Shown: positions 1-11,722, counted from the first letter of the stretch. The stretch is 50,616 nucleotides of DNA from Planctomycetota bacterium (GCA_030611515.1 JAUWPQ010000001.1:1-50616), one strand, 5' to 3'. Numbers and translations are program-made. The notes: generated from the sequence alone by a model not told the origin.

Positions 1-141
1 AAAATACAGTTCGACAACAAAAAGAATACGGGTTAAACATAAATTACGTGGATAAAGAAAAAATAAAAGAACTTATACCCGGAATTAACAATGAGGCGCT
101 TCGCTTGACCCACCCTACTTTCCGCAACAAAAACTAAGTAG

Positions 142-1279
<1,138 letters not shown>

Positions 1280-1297
1280 ACCCTTCGGAAAGACCTT

Positions 1298-3067
1298 TTA
1301 CCCGGTGAAGAACAGATACGCCGCCACGATGGCCGCCAGGACGACCGCCGAGGCGATCACGTCGCCGGTGCCCCAACTGTGCCGGCTGCGCTGCCGCTGA
1401 TTGTCGCTGAGGGTGCCGAAGGTCAGGCCGGAAATCCGTTCGTAGTCCGGTGCTTTGGTCAGATAGCTGACCGCGATCATCACCACCACGCAAACGATCA
1501 ATATCAAAATACTGTAATACTGGAAAAACGTATGGTTGATGATCCACAGCAACGAGCCTTCCGTGTAGCCGATGGGGTTTTGGGCGGCATCGCGGCCGAA
1601 CCATGCCATTTTGACCGGCGTATCGATGGCCAGCCGGAACAGCCCCATTAGGAACCCAACGACCAACGCCGCCAGACATCCACTGCTGTTGAGCCGTTTC
1701 CAGAAGACGCCCAGGAAGAAGACCACGAAGATCGGCGGGGCTAGATACCCTTGGACCCCCTGCAAGTAGTCGTACAGCCCGCGGCCGCCCTGGATGACCG
1801 GGATCCACGCCAGCCCGATCAGCACCATTACCACCGTTGCGATTCGCCCGATCCACACCAGGCGGTGCTGCGGGGTGTTCGGCCTCAGGCGGGAGTAGAA
1901 GTCCATCGTGAAGAGCGTGGCGGAGGCGTTGAACACGCCGGCCAGCGAACTCATCAGCGCCGCCAGCAGCCCGGCCACGACAATGCCCCGCACACCCGTC
2001 GGCAGTATCGTGGCGACCAGCAGCGGAAAGGCCGCTTGGGCCTCCTCGCGGATGATTTGTCCATCGGGGCCGATCAACCTGTCGCTGATGGCTTCGACTT
2101 TCCCGCTGGTCGCCAGCGCGAAGCAGATCATGCCGGGGATAATGAAAATGAACACCGGCAGTAGTTTAAGCATCGCGGCGAAGATCGAACCGCGACGGGC
2201 CTCGGTTTCGTTCAGCGCACCCAGGGTGCGCTGTACGATGTACTGATCGGTACACCAGTACCATAGTCCGCACACCGGCGCGCAAATCACCATGCCCAGC
2301 CAGGGATAATTGTCGTTGAAGTACCAAGCCATCCGGCCCGATTCCTTGACCGGCGCCCAAGTGGCCTCTATGCCGGCCGGCACCAGCGGCCGCCAGAGGT
2401 TGAACATTTCGGAGCCGCAGATCGCCCGCAGTTCCGACCACCCGCCAAGCGCTTGCAGACCGAAGAAGGTCACCAGCACCGCGCCGACAATCAACACCAG
2501 CGTTTGCAAGGCCTCGGTGTAGGCCACCGCCCGAAAGCCGCCGAGGATGGTGTATGCCCCGGTCATCACGATCACCATGATCGAGCCAACCCAGAAGCTG
2601 TTCAACGGACCGATTCGCAGCTCCGGCAGGAGGACGGAGAACACGATTCCGCCGGCGAAGATGCCCACCGCGATCTTCGTCAACACGTAGGTCACCAGGG
2701 AGATCAGCGAAAGAAGCCAGCGGCTGGCGGGGCTGAATCGCCTTTCGAGGAACTCCGGCATCGTGAACACCCGCGACCGCATGTAGAAGGGGGCCATCAC
2801 CCAGCCCAAAATCAACAGACACCATGCGTGCAATTCGTAATGGGCCATCGCCACGCCGTCGGTGCAGCCGGAGCCGGCCAGTCCCACCAGATGTTCCGAA
2901 CCGATGTTCGAGGCGAAGATCGACGCCCCGACGATGAACCAGCCCAGGTTCCGTCCGGCAAGGAAGTAGTCGTCGGCGGTGTTGCGTCCCTTGCGGACGC
3001 AGTACCACGTCAGCCCCAACAAGGCAGAGAAATAAAGACCTACCATGCCCCAGTCCAAAGCAGTCAT
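1298..3067 (-). CDS. sodium:solute symporter family transporter (SGLT-like)
   Basis: About 589 aa and multi-TM. Motifs FLAGRNLGWFIVGASIFASNIGSEHLVGLAGSG and WYWCTDQYIVQRTLGA are typical of SSF/SGLT. The track start at 3070 is TTG; ATG at 3067 is used here. Confidence 0.85.
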   Translation of the reverse strand: MTALDWGMVGLYFSALLGLTWYCVRKGRNTADDYFLAGRNLGWFIVGASIFASNIGSEHLVGLAGSGCTDGVAMAHYELHAWCLLILGWVMAPFYMRSRVFTMPEFLERRFSPASRWLLSLISLVTYVLTKIAVGIFAGGIVFSVLLPELRIGPLNSFWVGSIMVIVMTGAYTILGGFRAVAYTEALQTLVLIVGAVLVTFFGLQALGGWSELRAICGSEMFNLWRPLVPAGIEATWAPVKESGRMAWYFNDNYPWLGMVICAPVCGLWYWCTDQYIVQRTLGALNETEARRGSIFAAMLKLLPVFIFIIPGMICFALATSGKVEAISDRLIGPDGQIIREEAQAAFPLLVATILPTGVRGIVVAGLLAALMSSLAGVFNASATLFTMDFYSRLRPNTPQHRLVWIGRIATVVMVLIGLAWIPVIQGGRGLYDYLQGVQGYLAPPIFVVFFLGVFWKRLNSSGCLAALVVGFLMGLFRLAIDTPVKMAWFGRDAAQNPIGYTEGSLLWIINHTFFQYYSILILIVCVVVMIAVSYLTKAPDYERISGLTFGTLSDNQRQRSRHSWGTGDVIASAVVLAAIVAAYLFFTG

Positions 3068-3423
3068 CAATCAAGCTCCCTATACAACGGTGGGCAATTC
3101 GTGTTGAACAATCGTGGGCGAGACGAACTGGTCCCACCGCCAACAAGATGAAATCCATAAGAACAAAACCGGCACGCCCCCCTCCGAAGCAGGATGAACG
3201 GCGGGAATCGTGGACCGCAGTCTACCGCAAGCTTCCCGTCAAGTAAATTGGGGGTATCCGAGAATTAACCCTTGTAAGAGGCGATTCCAGTCGCCGATTA
3301 CGGAGTATTGCACCACCGCCATCGGCATCTGGAGACGCCTCCTGCAATCGAACGGTAGTTTTTCAACAAGCTGTTTAGTGAACCGTGAAAACTTAGTCTC
3401 AAGTGAACCCGTCGCCCGGCTTG

Positions 3424-4812
3424 CTACACAAGTTCCCGCTCGATCTGTTCCAATGTCTTGCCTTTGGTCTCCGGCAGGCGGAAGAAAATGAAGAAGAAAC
3501 CCGCCAGGCAGATTCCGGCGTAGAGCCAGAAGGTGTTGCCGATGCCGAGCGATTCTTTCAAGAGCGGAAAAGTGAAGGTCAAGACGAAACAGCCGGCCCA
3601 GAGCGCGAACACCGAGACCGACATCGCCGCTCCGCGAATCCGGTTGGGAAATATCTCGGAGAGGATTACCCAAACGACGGGGGCCAGAGTGCATGAGTAA
3701 CAGGCCATGGCCGTTAATACCAGGATCAAGATCGGAGTGCCCGTTACCTCGTAACGAAAGCTGCCGCCGATCAGAACGTAGATGACGGCCAATCCGGCGG
3801 CCCCGGCCAGCATCAGCGCGCGGCGCCCGATCCGGTCTACCGAAAAGATCGCCACGAAAGTAAACACCAGACAGACCGCGCCGGTGGCGATGATGTTCAG
3901 CAAGGTGTCGCTGACGCCGTAGTCGGCGGCGCGGAAGATTTCCTCCGCGTAATTGAATATCACGTTGATGCCGCACCATTGCTGGAACACCGCCAGCGTA
4001 ATGCCGAGCAGCAGAATCTTCCTCATCCTCGGTTTGAGCAACTCGCGGAAATCGACCTTCTCGATCTCACCCTCCAGCGTCTCCTCGATATCGGTCAACG
4101 CCCGCGCGGCATAGGCATCGCCTCCGATGCGGGCCAGAACATCGCGTGCTTTGTCGTGTTTCCCGTTCTTTGCCAACCACCGCGGACTTTCTGGAACGGC
4201 AAACATGAACACCAGGAAAAAAAGGGCGGGCACGGCGGTCACCCCAAACATCCAACGCCAACCCATCTGACCGTTCCACGATTGGAGAATTTCCAGGTCG
4301 GTCGCACCCTTGGCCACCGTTTCGGCGATCAGATAATTCACGATCTGAGCAGCCAGGATGCCCGTGATTATCGTCAACTGATTGACCGAGACGAACATCC
4401 CGCGCACCCGGGCGGGAGAAACCTCGGCGATGTACATGGGCGAAAGGGTCGAAGCCATGCCAATCGCCACTCCGCCCAGCAGGCGCCAGCAGACGAACGT
4501 GGAAAACGCGTTCGCCATACCCGTTCCGATCGATGTGACGGTAAACAGAAACGCGGCCAGGAGCAAGAGCCGCTTGCGGCCGAACTTGTCGCTCAACATG
4601 CCGGAGAGGATAGCGCCCAGCAAACATCCGACCAGGGCGCAACTGTTTGCCCAGCCCTTCTCGAAAGCGGAGGTCAGATGGAAGTATCGCTCGAAAAACG
4701 GCTTGGCGCCGCCGATAACCACCCAATCGTATCCGAACAACAGACCTCCCATCGCGGCCACCAGACAAATCCGCCAGATGTAACCCATGCGATAGTCGGT
4801 CTGCTTATGCAT
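3424..4812 (-). CDS. MFS sugar porter (xylose/arabinose-proton symporter-like)
   Basis: Sugar-porter signatures GGLLFGYDWVVIGGA, SDKFGRKR, PESPRWL and a PETKGKTLEQIE tail. ATG at 4812 (MHKQTDY...) is preferred over the longer track ORF. Confidence 0.85.
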   Translation of the reverse strand: MHKQTDYRMGYIWRICLVAAMGGLLFGYDWVVIGGAKPFFERYFHLTSAFEKGWANSCALVGCLLGAILSGMLSDKFGRKRLLLLAAFLFTVTSIGTGMANAFSTFVCWRLLGGVAIGMASTLSPMYIAEVSPARVRGMFVSVNQLTIITGILAAQIVNYLIAETVAKGATDLEILQSWNGQMGWRWMFGVTAVPALFFLVFMFAVPESPRWLAKNGKHDKARDVLARIGGDAYAARALTDIEETLEGEIEKVDFRELLKPRMRKILLLGITLAVFQQWCGINVIFNYAEEIFRAADYGVSDTLLNIIATGAVCLVFTFVAIFSVDRIGRRALMLAGAAGLAVIYVLIGGSFRYEVTGTPILILVLTAMACYSCTLAPVVWVILSEIFPNRIRGAAMSVSVFALWAGCFVLTFTFPLLKESLGIGNTFWLYAGICLAGFFFIFFRLPETKGKTLEQIERELV

Positions 4813-4874
4813 TGTAAGCTCCGGGGTTTGTGCGAGCGTGAGGATCGTCTTGCAACGGGAAAGAAGCCCCAACT

Positions 4875-5393
4875 TTAACGACTGGGCGAGCAACGTTCAA
4901 GTCGTGGCAGCATTTTCTCAATCGCCCGTTCCACTTCCCGCGGATCGATGGTGGCGTCGCCGGCGGCGAAGGTCCGCCGCAAATTGCCTTGGCGGTCGTA
5001 GAGTCGCAGGTGTGGAAGGGCGCCGTCCTCGAGACGGAAGGCGGAAAAAGCCTCGGGGCCGACGCCGTAGCGGGCCAGATAGTTCTCCGTCGTCGCGCCG
5101 TGACGGCCGAGCAACCGGCGGACTGCCGATTCGTTGTCGGGATCGTCCAGACTGACGGTGACGACGACCAGCCCCAGAGCGCGGAAGCGGTTTTGCAACT
5201 CGATGGTGTGGGGCAGCATCTCCACGCACGGCCCGCACCACGTGGCCCAGAAGTCGACCAGCACCACCTTTCCCCGGTGTTTTTCCAGCAGTCGGTCCAG
5301 CGCCGGGGCGTCGATCTCCCGAAGCGGCGCCTCGGGAAGTGGTTTCGGTCGAGAATCTCTCCCGCACGCCAAGCAAACGAGGACCGCTGCCAT
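4875..5393 (-). CDS. TlpA/ResA-like thiol-disulfide oxidoreductase (thioredoxin fold)
   Basis: WATWCGPC active-site motif. Hydrophobic N-terminus MAAVLVCLACG from the ATG at 5393. The longer track ORF (to 5531) runs through a REP palindrome and is unlikely to be coding. Confidence 0.7.
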   Translation of the reverse strand: MAAVLVCLACGRDSRPKPLPEAPLREIDAPALDRLLEKHRGKVVLVDFWATWCGPCVEMLPHTIELQNRFRALGLVVVTVSLDDPDNESAVRRLLGRHGATTENYLARYGVGPEAFSAFRLEDGALPHLRLYDRQGNLRRTFAAGDATIDPREVERAIEKMLPRLERCSPSR

Positions 5394-5423
5394 CAACAGC
5401 GGCAACGCGACGCGATGGACAGT

Positions 5424-5547
5424 GTAGCAGGCACACTCCGTGTGCCGTCGGCAAACATTTGTAATTGGATGGCGGCTGTCGCTCATGGAATCGAATACCC
5501 AGTAGCGCCGCTTGTGGAGCAAACGGCACACGGAGTGTGCCTGCTAC
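5424..5547. repeat. REP doublet (family B): inverted pair of GTAG-headed hairpins
   Basis: GTAGCAGGCACACTCCGTGTGCCG at 5424-5447 has its exact reverse complement at 5524-5547. Each arm is itself a hairpin (GGCACAC-TCC-GTGTGCC). Confidence 0.85.
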
Positions 5548-5554
5548 GTTGCAG

Positions 5555-6148
5555 TCATTCGTATTTTATGCTGCAACCGAACTGCTTGATTACCGCCTCT
5601 GACGGTTTCTTGCCGGCCAGCAGCGCGTCCAAGGCGTTGCGGAGGTGGTGTTTTTTGACTTTTCCGGCACTCATGTTGTCGTCGATCGCGCCCATGTAAG
5701 CGATCTTCCGTTTCCCATCGAGCACGAACACGTGTGGGGTCACCTTCGCGCCGTAGTCGTGGCCGATCTTTTGCGAGGAATCGTAGAGATACGGGAAGTT
5801 GAAGCCCTTTTCCTTCGCCCGCTTTTTCATCTCGTCCAGGCGGTCGGCCGGCAGGTTATTCACGTTGACGGCGACCAACTGTACCCCCTTCGGCCCATAG
5901 TCTTTCTGCAAGGCCACCAATCGCTCCTCGTACGCCACGGCCACCGGGCAATGGTTGCAGGTGAACACCACGACCACCAGCCGGGCGTCCGCGTAGTCGG
6001 CCAAGCCGTGCGGCTTGTCGTCGATGCCGACGATGTCCGTGAAGTTGGGGGCGGGCTGTCCGATGGTCAAGTCCGCCGCATTGGCCCCGGCGGCGAGGGT
6101 GGCCGTCAATGCCGCCAGCAAACAAACGCGTCTTGTCGTCAACGTCAT
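5555..6148 (-). CDS. secreted thioredoxin-fold protein (redoxin/AhpC-TSA family)
   Basis: Signal peptide MTLTTRRVCLLAALTATLAAGANA. Motifs FTCNHCPVAVAYE (CxxP) and KVTPHVFVLD are typical of redoxin-family proteins. Confidence 0.75.
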   Translation of the reverse strand: MTLTTRRVCLLAALTATLAAGANAADLTIGQPAPNFTDIVGIDDKPHGLADYADARLVVVVFTCNHCPVAVAYEERLVALQKDYGPKGVQLVAVNVNNLPADRLDEMKKRAKEKGFNFPYLYDSSQKIGHDYGAKVTPHVFVLDGKRKIAYMGAIDDNMSAGKVKKHHLRNALDALLAGKKPSEAVIKQFGCSIKYE

Positions 6149-6426
6149 GATCGTGGGGCTCCTTGAGTCTGAATTTGCGTAATTGCGGCCGCTCGGCGGT
6201 TTTTCGAGCGAGCCGCACTCTAATCATTATTGGATCGCGGCATCGAGTCTGGCAAGCCGACCCGTCGGACAAAACGACCCCCCCCTGTAGCCGTATTTTC
6301 GCCCGTCCAATGTTGTCGGCGGGGTTTCTTGGGTGGAATTCTTACGCCGATTATGGCATACTATCGTTTGTCGAGCCTATTTTCTTATCCAGTATCCATG
6401 ATGGCTTTTCTGTTGGAGGTGCGGGC

Positions 6427-8895
6427 ATGGCAGACAAGAGAGACGTCTTTGACAATGAGCCTCTGTCGCGCAACAACGAACCCCGGCTGTCGCACTCGCT
6501 GGACAAAGGACCGGACCCGAACAGCATCGGCGAGGCGCCCGTCGGGAAAAGAAGAGCGAGGGGGAAATCGAAGCAAGTTCCGTGGTTTAGGAACCCCGAG
6601 GTGATCAAGGTGGTGGTGGCCGGCGCGGTGGTGCTGGTGGTGGTGCTGATCGTTCTCGTTTGGCAGTTTGGATTGTTCGGCGGCTCAAGTCAGTCGAAAC
6701 CGCCGGTTGCCGCCGCGCAGCCGACCCCCCAACCGCCGCCGACCCTCGAGCCGCAGCAGCAGAACCCACAACTGTTGCCGCCGGAGGCTCAACCCACGCT
6801 GCCCGAGCAGAGACCGGTGCAAGAGCCGACTGTCGAGGAACCGCCTCAAGAGCAGAAGCCGCCCTTGCCCGAGAATGTCGCCGATTGGAAGGCGGACGAC
6901 TACTTCCGCGCGCGGCGTGAGAACGATCCGAAACTGCTGGAGGCGGTCGCTTATTTGGGCAAAACGTTCCCCGGCAAAAAGCCCGCAGCTGAAGGGTTGA
7001 CCAAGTTACTGAAGCCGCTTCCGCCCGAAAAGCCGGCGGAGCAGCCCGCCCCCGGCCGGAATCCGCCGGGCGTCGCGGGTGTCTTGCCGTCTGGCCCACC
7101 CGAGCTTGCGCCGCCCGGCGCGCCTGGCGCTACACTTCCTGGTGCTCCCGGCATTGCGCCGCCCGGCATGCAAGAGTTCGGACCCCCTGGCGCGCCAGGC
7201 ATTGTGCAGCCTCCTCCGGGCGGTCTACTTCCTCCGAACATCAATCGGCCCATTCCCGGCATGTCTCCTTACAATCCGGGAAACCTGGCGGGGCTGGTCG
7301 AGGCCATCGTCACCGCGCTGGGCAACAACGGCAGCGAGGTAGCCCAAAACACGATCGAACAAGTCCTCTCCGGCACGTTTAAGACGGACGACGACAAAGC
7401 GGCGGTGGAGGCGGCGTTAAAGGCGCTTTTGGCCCATCCCGGCCGGGAGAACGACGCCTTGATGCGCCGCGTTCTGACCGAGCCTGACGTCCTTCGCCCC
7501 AACGACCGCCAAGGGCCGTGGCCCGCGAAGGAATTGCAAGCCAAGGCGCTCGAGCTGACCAAGCAGTCCGCCTCCAGCGGACTCCGCCTCGAATTGGCCA
7601 AGGCCCTGGTCGAACATCGCGTGAAACTGGACCCCAAGGATCCGATGCACGAGTTCCTCTTGGCTTCCAATCCGCTCAATTGCAGCGCACAGTTGACGCT
7701 CTACGAGAAGGCCGACCTAACCCCGGAACTGAGGACAAGGTTGGAAGATCAGTTCCTGGTGTACAGTTCGTTTGCAATGGCCCGATATTTGGACATTCCC
7801 GACGAGTTTAAGCAGTCCACCTCCGGCGTCGGCGTCCCCGGCATGCACGCGGGACGGCCGGGCGGGTTAATCGGCGGGTTCGACCTGCCCGGCGATCGGT
7901 TGACCGGACCGGGACGCAATCCCGGCATGCTGCCCGGTATTTCGCCCGGCCCCGGCGGGAATGTCGGTTCTACGGCGGACAATCCGGACGACGAAGATTT
8001 GGCGCCGCGGTTGGCCGCCGGGCTGTGGTCCCAAGGATTCCTCGACTTGCTGGAGCCGAAGCTGACCACTCGCGCCCTGGACTCGCTGGAGAAAAAGCCG
8101 AAGTTGGTGTTGTTGGCCGGCACGATTCCCCAGGACTCCACCCGCGCATTGCTGAATACTCTGTTGCGCAAGCGTTGGAGCGAGGGGCCGAAGGCCCTGG
8201 AAACCGCCGGACTGACCGGGAATGTCGTTACCGATCCCGGGCTGTTGACGTTGATAAAAATGTTGCCTCGTAGAGGTCCCAAGGCGAAGGCCCGAGGTAC
8301 GCCAAGAGCGACGCGCCCCGCCGGGGGCGCCCTCAACAAGCGCATTGAAGAGGCACAAAAGAAACAGCGAACCGCGGAGGAGTGGATGGACCTCTCTTCC
8401 AGAATGGTCGCCGTGTGGTGTAATCGGTTCCACGCCGTCACTCAGGCCCGGCAGAAGGCCGCCGAGGATTCGGAGACCGACTCCCTGACGGTCCCGCTGA
8501 AGCTCCCCAAGGGTTTCGAGTTAAGTCCCAATGCCAGAGTGACCGCTTCTTTTCACTTGGTCTGGCCGGACGAAGCGCCGCCGGAGATTGCCAAGCTCAA
8601 TCCCGGTTGGCTGGAGGTGTATTACGTCCGCGTCGAGGAGGTCAACAAACTGCGGAAGGCCACGGCCTATTACAGCCGGCAAGCCGATCTCCGATCGTCC
8701 GACGCCCGGACCATCGACAAGAGCACCTGGTTCGACAACGTCCGGATAGGCTCGCAAAAGGACCGGCGTCGATCGCTCGACGTGCTGATTACTCCCCCCG
8801 AGAACTACGTCCCCGCCGACAAGCCCAGGGACGAGGACGAAACCGATTTGGTCATCGAAATCCTGTCGGTCGAGATCAAGGATCCGACCAAGTAG
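6427..8895 (+). CDS. hypothetical membrane-anchored protein with proline-rich linker
   Basis: ATG at 6427 is preceded by GGAGG. One TM helix (VIKVVVAGAVVLVVVLIVLVWQF), a long P/Q/E-rich stretch, then about 550 aa with no motif I recognise. The start is uncertain (the track ORF begins at 6163). Confidence 0.5.
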   Translation: MADKRDVFDNEPLSRNNEPRLSHSLDKGPDPNSIGEAPVGKRRARGKSKQVPWFRNPEVIKVVVAGAVVLVVVLIVLVWQFGLFGGSSQSKPPVAAAQPTPQPPPTLEPQQQNPQLLPPEAQPTLPEQRPVQEPTVEEPPQEQKPPLPENVADWKADDYFRARRENDPKLLEAVAYLGKTFPGKKPAAEGLTKLLKPLPPEKPAEQPAPGRNPPGVAGVLPSGPPELAPPGAPGATLPGAPGIAPPGMQEFGPPGAPGIVQPPPGGLLPPNINRPIPGMSPYNPGNLAGLVEAIVTALGNNGSEVAQNTIEQVLSGTFKTDDDKAAVEAALKALLAHPGRENDALMRRVLTEPDVLRPNDRQGPWPAKELQAKALELTKQSASSGLRLELAKALVEHRVKLDPKDPMHEFLLASNPLNCSAQLTLYEKADLTPELRTRLEDQFLVYSSFAMARYLDIPDEFKQSTSGVGVPGMHAGRPGGLIGGFDLPGDRLTGPGRNPGMLPGISPGPGGNVGSTADNPDDEDLAPRLAAGLWSQGFLDLLEPKLTTRALDSLEKKPKLVLLAGTIPQDSTRALLNTLLRKRWSEGPKALETAGLTGNVVTDPGLLTLIKMLPRRGPKAKARGTPRATRPAGGALNKRIEEAQKKQRTAEEWMDLSSRMVAVWCNRFHAVTQARQKAAEDSETDSLTVPLKLPKGFELSPNARVTASFHLVWPDEAPPEIAKLNPGWLEVYYVRVEEVNKLRKATAYYSRQADLRSSDARTIDKSTWFDNVRIGSQKDRRRSLDVLITPPENYVPADKPRDEDETDLVIEILSVEIKDPTK

Positions 8896-8985
8896 CGGTG
8901 GCATATCCGAAACGGGGCCTCGGCCGAGCGGATTTCACACCCGCTGGAACCTCACGCCTTTTCGCGGCACACTGAAAAACGCGGG

Positions 8986-10131
8986 TTAGTTCCCCGTAAG
9001 CCGAATCACCGAAATCGTGTGCGGCTTATCGTGCTTGGTGTTTTTCAGCCCGGGGAAGGGCATGTCGAAGTTCGCGATGATCAGGTCGTCGCCGCGAATG
9101 GCCGGCTCGCAAGGCTGGTCCAAGAGGCCATCGGCGCCGTTGGTGTCGTCGTTTTCCCACAGCGTCGCGATCGAGTTGTCCTTGGTATCGAAGACCATAA
9201 TGGCGTTCCGCGCCGAGTCAGCAATATATATCTTGTCGGTGCGCACGTCGCAGAACATGCCGTCGCAGCATATCAATTGCGGCCGCCCGGCGATTCGCTC
9301 CTGCGATTTGACCGAGCCATCCGGGTTGAACGTGACTTTGAAGAGTTGCCCATCGCCGAAGTGGCCGTAATACAGGTTGCCCTTGCTGTCGAAGGTCAGG
9401 CCGTCGGCGCCGGCAATGTCGTTGCCTCGCTCCGAAAACGGCTTCGTCACCGACGTGACCAGCAAGTGGGGATCGTCTTCTCCCTTGGGCTTGAGCATGA
9501 CCGGGCCCTTCTGCATCTCGGCCAACGAGATGCGGTATACGCCGCTCATGGGCTTGTCGGCCAAGTCGAAGAACGTCTCGGTGACGAACATGTTGTCGCC
9601 GTTGAACATGACGGCGTTGGAAAGCTTGAAGCCGTCCACGACGACATCCGCATCGACTGGCTTGCCGTCCTTGATGTTCACGCGGATCACCCGCGACCAG
9701 CGATGCTTCTTGTCCTTGTCATTGAAATACTGATTGTCGGCATAATACAAGTTCCCATCGGGGCCGAAGTCCATACCCATCGGATGGGCGTGGCCGGTTT
9801 CGGGGTGTTTCGGGCATTTGTCGAAATAGACCTCCCATCTATTGTTCGGGGTGATCTGGATCAACTTGCCGAGATATTTCATGTCATTGAAGTTCGGGCA
9901 AGCGACGATCATATTATTCGTCTTCTTGTCCAATCGTATGCCGTCAGGAGTGTTAAGTTCGTCGGGGAACGATAGCAGAAGCTGGGGACGGAATCGTTGC
10001 TGCCGGGCGGACGTCTGTTTCGCCGTAACGCCGACGTTTGCTTTCAGTTCCTCGCCGGCCAGGACGGCTTCCGCCAACAGGCCGCAGACCAACCATGCAC
10101 CCATCCAGTATTTCGTGTTTCGGAACGTCAT
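8986..10131 (-). CDS. secreted beta-propeller protein, SMP-30/gluconolactonase/LRE-like
   Basis: Signal peptide, then repeated GPDGNLYY / DSKGNLYYGHF / DKIYIADS blades typical of SGL/NHL-type propellers. Confidence 0.5.
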   Translation of the reverse strand: MTFRNTKYWMGAWLVCGLLAEAVLAGEELKANVGVTAKQTSARQQRFRPQLLLSFPDELNTPDGIRLDKKTNNMIVACPNFNDMKYLGKLIQITPNNRWEVYFDKCPKHPETGHAHPMGMDFGPDGNLYYADNQYFNDKDKKHRWSRVIRVNIKDGKPVDADVVVDGFKLSNAVMFNGDNMFVTETFFDLADKPMSGVYRISLAEMQKGPVMLKPKGEDDPHLLVTSVTKPFSERGNDIAGADGLTFDSKGNLYYGHFGDGQLFKVTFNPDGSVKSQERIAGRPQLICCDGMFCDVRTDKIYIADSARNAIMVFDTKDNSIATLWENDDTNGADGLLDQPCEPAIRGDDLIIANFDMPFPGLKNTKHDKPHTISVIRLTGN

Positions 10132-10177
10132 GAGGTATTATCCTTGGATTTGAAACGATGGTGAATTGTGGTAAGTG

Positions 10178-11608
10178 TTAAATCGAGATCGCCACGCCGG
10201 CATCCCGTAGAGCGAATTGCAGTTTGGCAATGTCCACGTCGCGCGGTCCGATATGCTGAGCCACGGCCATTGCCGCGGCGGCGCCGGCCGCTTGGCCGAG
10301 GGTCATCATGGTGCGACTGAGCCGGCAACTTGACGCCGCAATGTGGGAAAAACTGGCCGCGCGGCTGGCAATCATCAGGTTCCGTGTCCCCTTGGGCAAT
10401 AGGCATCCGTAGGGGGTGCCGTAGGGACCGTTTGGCAACTCGTACAGCCGGCCCTTGTGGCCGTGGAGATCGACGGCGTGGTCGCTGATGGCAATGATGT
10501 CCCTCCGCGGTTGCTTCCTCACGCCGGCTCGGCAGTCGTTCTCGTTCAGCACGTACTCGCCGATAATCCGGCGGGTTTCGCGCACCCCGATCCGCGGTGC
10601 AATACCCGAAATCGACCACGTGCCATAACCCTTACCTTTTACGGGCCATGCCCATCTGCTGTCGGGCGATAGATTCTGCAATTGATAAAAATGCGACATA
10701 ACCCGGCGATGAGCCTCGCGCATCAACTCGCTGTACTCCATGCACAAGACTGCGTTGCCGCCGATCATGCCGACGGGGTTCAGCAGCAAATCCCCGTTGG
10801 GCATCTTTACAATATGAACCGGTAGCGGGCAGCTATTCTCCTTCACGCCTTCGGGCAGATACGGCTTCTGTTTCACCCCCGTGTCCGTAATCCGGTAGCA
10901 GAGAGTCAGTCCGTTGAGAGACATTTCAGCTTTCTCCGGCGCCGTCGGTTCGTTATAGAGCGACTTCGGATCCTCGCCCATGTGATACTCGCAACCGGCA
11001 TCGGCGCAAACGTCGCCGTCGGCCGTACAGTCGATGAATACGTCGGCCTCAATCAACATCCGTTTGCCGGAAAACCAGGCTTCGACGGCCTTGACCGCGT
11101 TGTTCTCCATCCGCGCGCGGCAAAACGTCGTATTCAGCAGCGTCCGGCATCGCCCCGTGGCGTCGAGCATTTTTCGGGCGACATAGTCCAACGCTCGCGG
11201 CTCGAACGGCAAACCGTGCCCACCGCGCCGCGGCGCGCCTTCGTCGTAGTTGGAAAATGTGACGGCCAGAGGATCCTCTTTCATGGCCATGTAAAGATCG
11301 CGGGGAATGCCGTTCGCGCCCGAGACCGGCTCCCAGGTGTGAACCCAGGCCATGGTGGAAGTGCCGCCAAGGACGGATTCACGTTCGAGTAGCACGACCT
11401 TGGCGCCCGCACGCGCGGCGGCCAGCGCCGCCCCAATACCCCCGCTTCCGCCGCCGATGACGCAAACCTGGGTTTTTATAGTTTCGTCCGGCGAGGTCTC
11501 GCGCCGGCCCGTGGAAGTCACTTGCCCAACAGCAATCGCCGGGAGTCCACAGACGGCGCCCACTCCGGCAATCAGGGTTTTCGCGGCAGCGCGACGGTTA
11601 CAGATCAA
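10178..11608 (-). CDS. FAD-dependent oxidoreductase (Tat-signal-like N-terminus)
   Basis: Dinucleotide-binding motif VCVIGGGSGGIGAALAAARAGAKVVLLERESVLGG, and NRRAAAKTL near the N-terminus. The start codon at 11608 is TTG. Confidence 0.7.
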   Translation of the reverse strand: MICNRRAAAKTLIAGVGAVCGLPAIAVGQVTSTGRRETSPDETIKTQVCVIGGGSGGIGAALAAARAGAKVVLLERESVLGGTSTMAWVHTWEPVSGANGIPRDLYMAMKEDPLAVTFSNYDEGAPRRGGHGLPFEPRALDYVARKMLDATGRCRTLLNTTFCRARMENNAVKAVEAWFSGKRMLIEADVFIDCTADGDVCADAGCEYHMGEDPKSLYNEPTAPEKAEMSLNGLTLCYRITDTGVKQKPYLPEGVKENSCPLPVHIVKMPNGDLLLNPVGMIGGNAVLCMEYSELMREAHRRVMSHFYQLQNLSPDSRWAWPVKGKGYGTWSISGIAPRIGVRETRRIIGEYVLNENDCRAGVRKQPRRDIIAISDHAVDLHGHKGRLYELPNGPYGTPYGCLLPKGTRNLMIASRAASFSHIAASSCRLSRTMMTLGQAAGAAAAMAVAQHIGPRDVDIAKLQFALRDAGVAISI

Positions 11609-11722
11609 TGATCCGACTCCTTGGGAAAGTGCCTCCTCGCCCGGAATTCACGGCGTTTTCTTCGGCCATTCATTTACTTGCAAGGCTCAGTGGCGGTCGT
11701 GCGCAAATTTTTCTGTAAGCGA

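Noticed and set aside
4875-5531. Long N-terminal extensions in the ORF track (4875-5531, 46060-47820, 16937-19039, 6163-8895, 14857-15750, 23341-23880, 26974-28932).
   Set aside because: The extensions read through palindromic repeats or the upstream gene and lack signal-peptide or domain content. Internal ATGs give canonical N-termini (signal peptides, coupling overlaps), so shorter coordinates were used.
6660-7270. Proline-rich, quasi-repetitive segment as a collagen-like or DNA tandem repeat.
   Set aside because: There is no regular nucleotide period or Gly-X-Y pattern. This is compositional low complexity within one continuous ORF.
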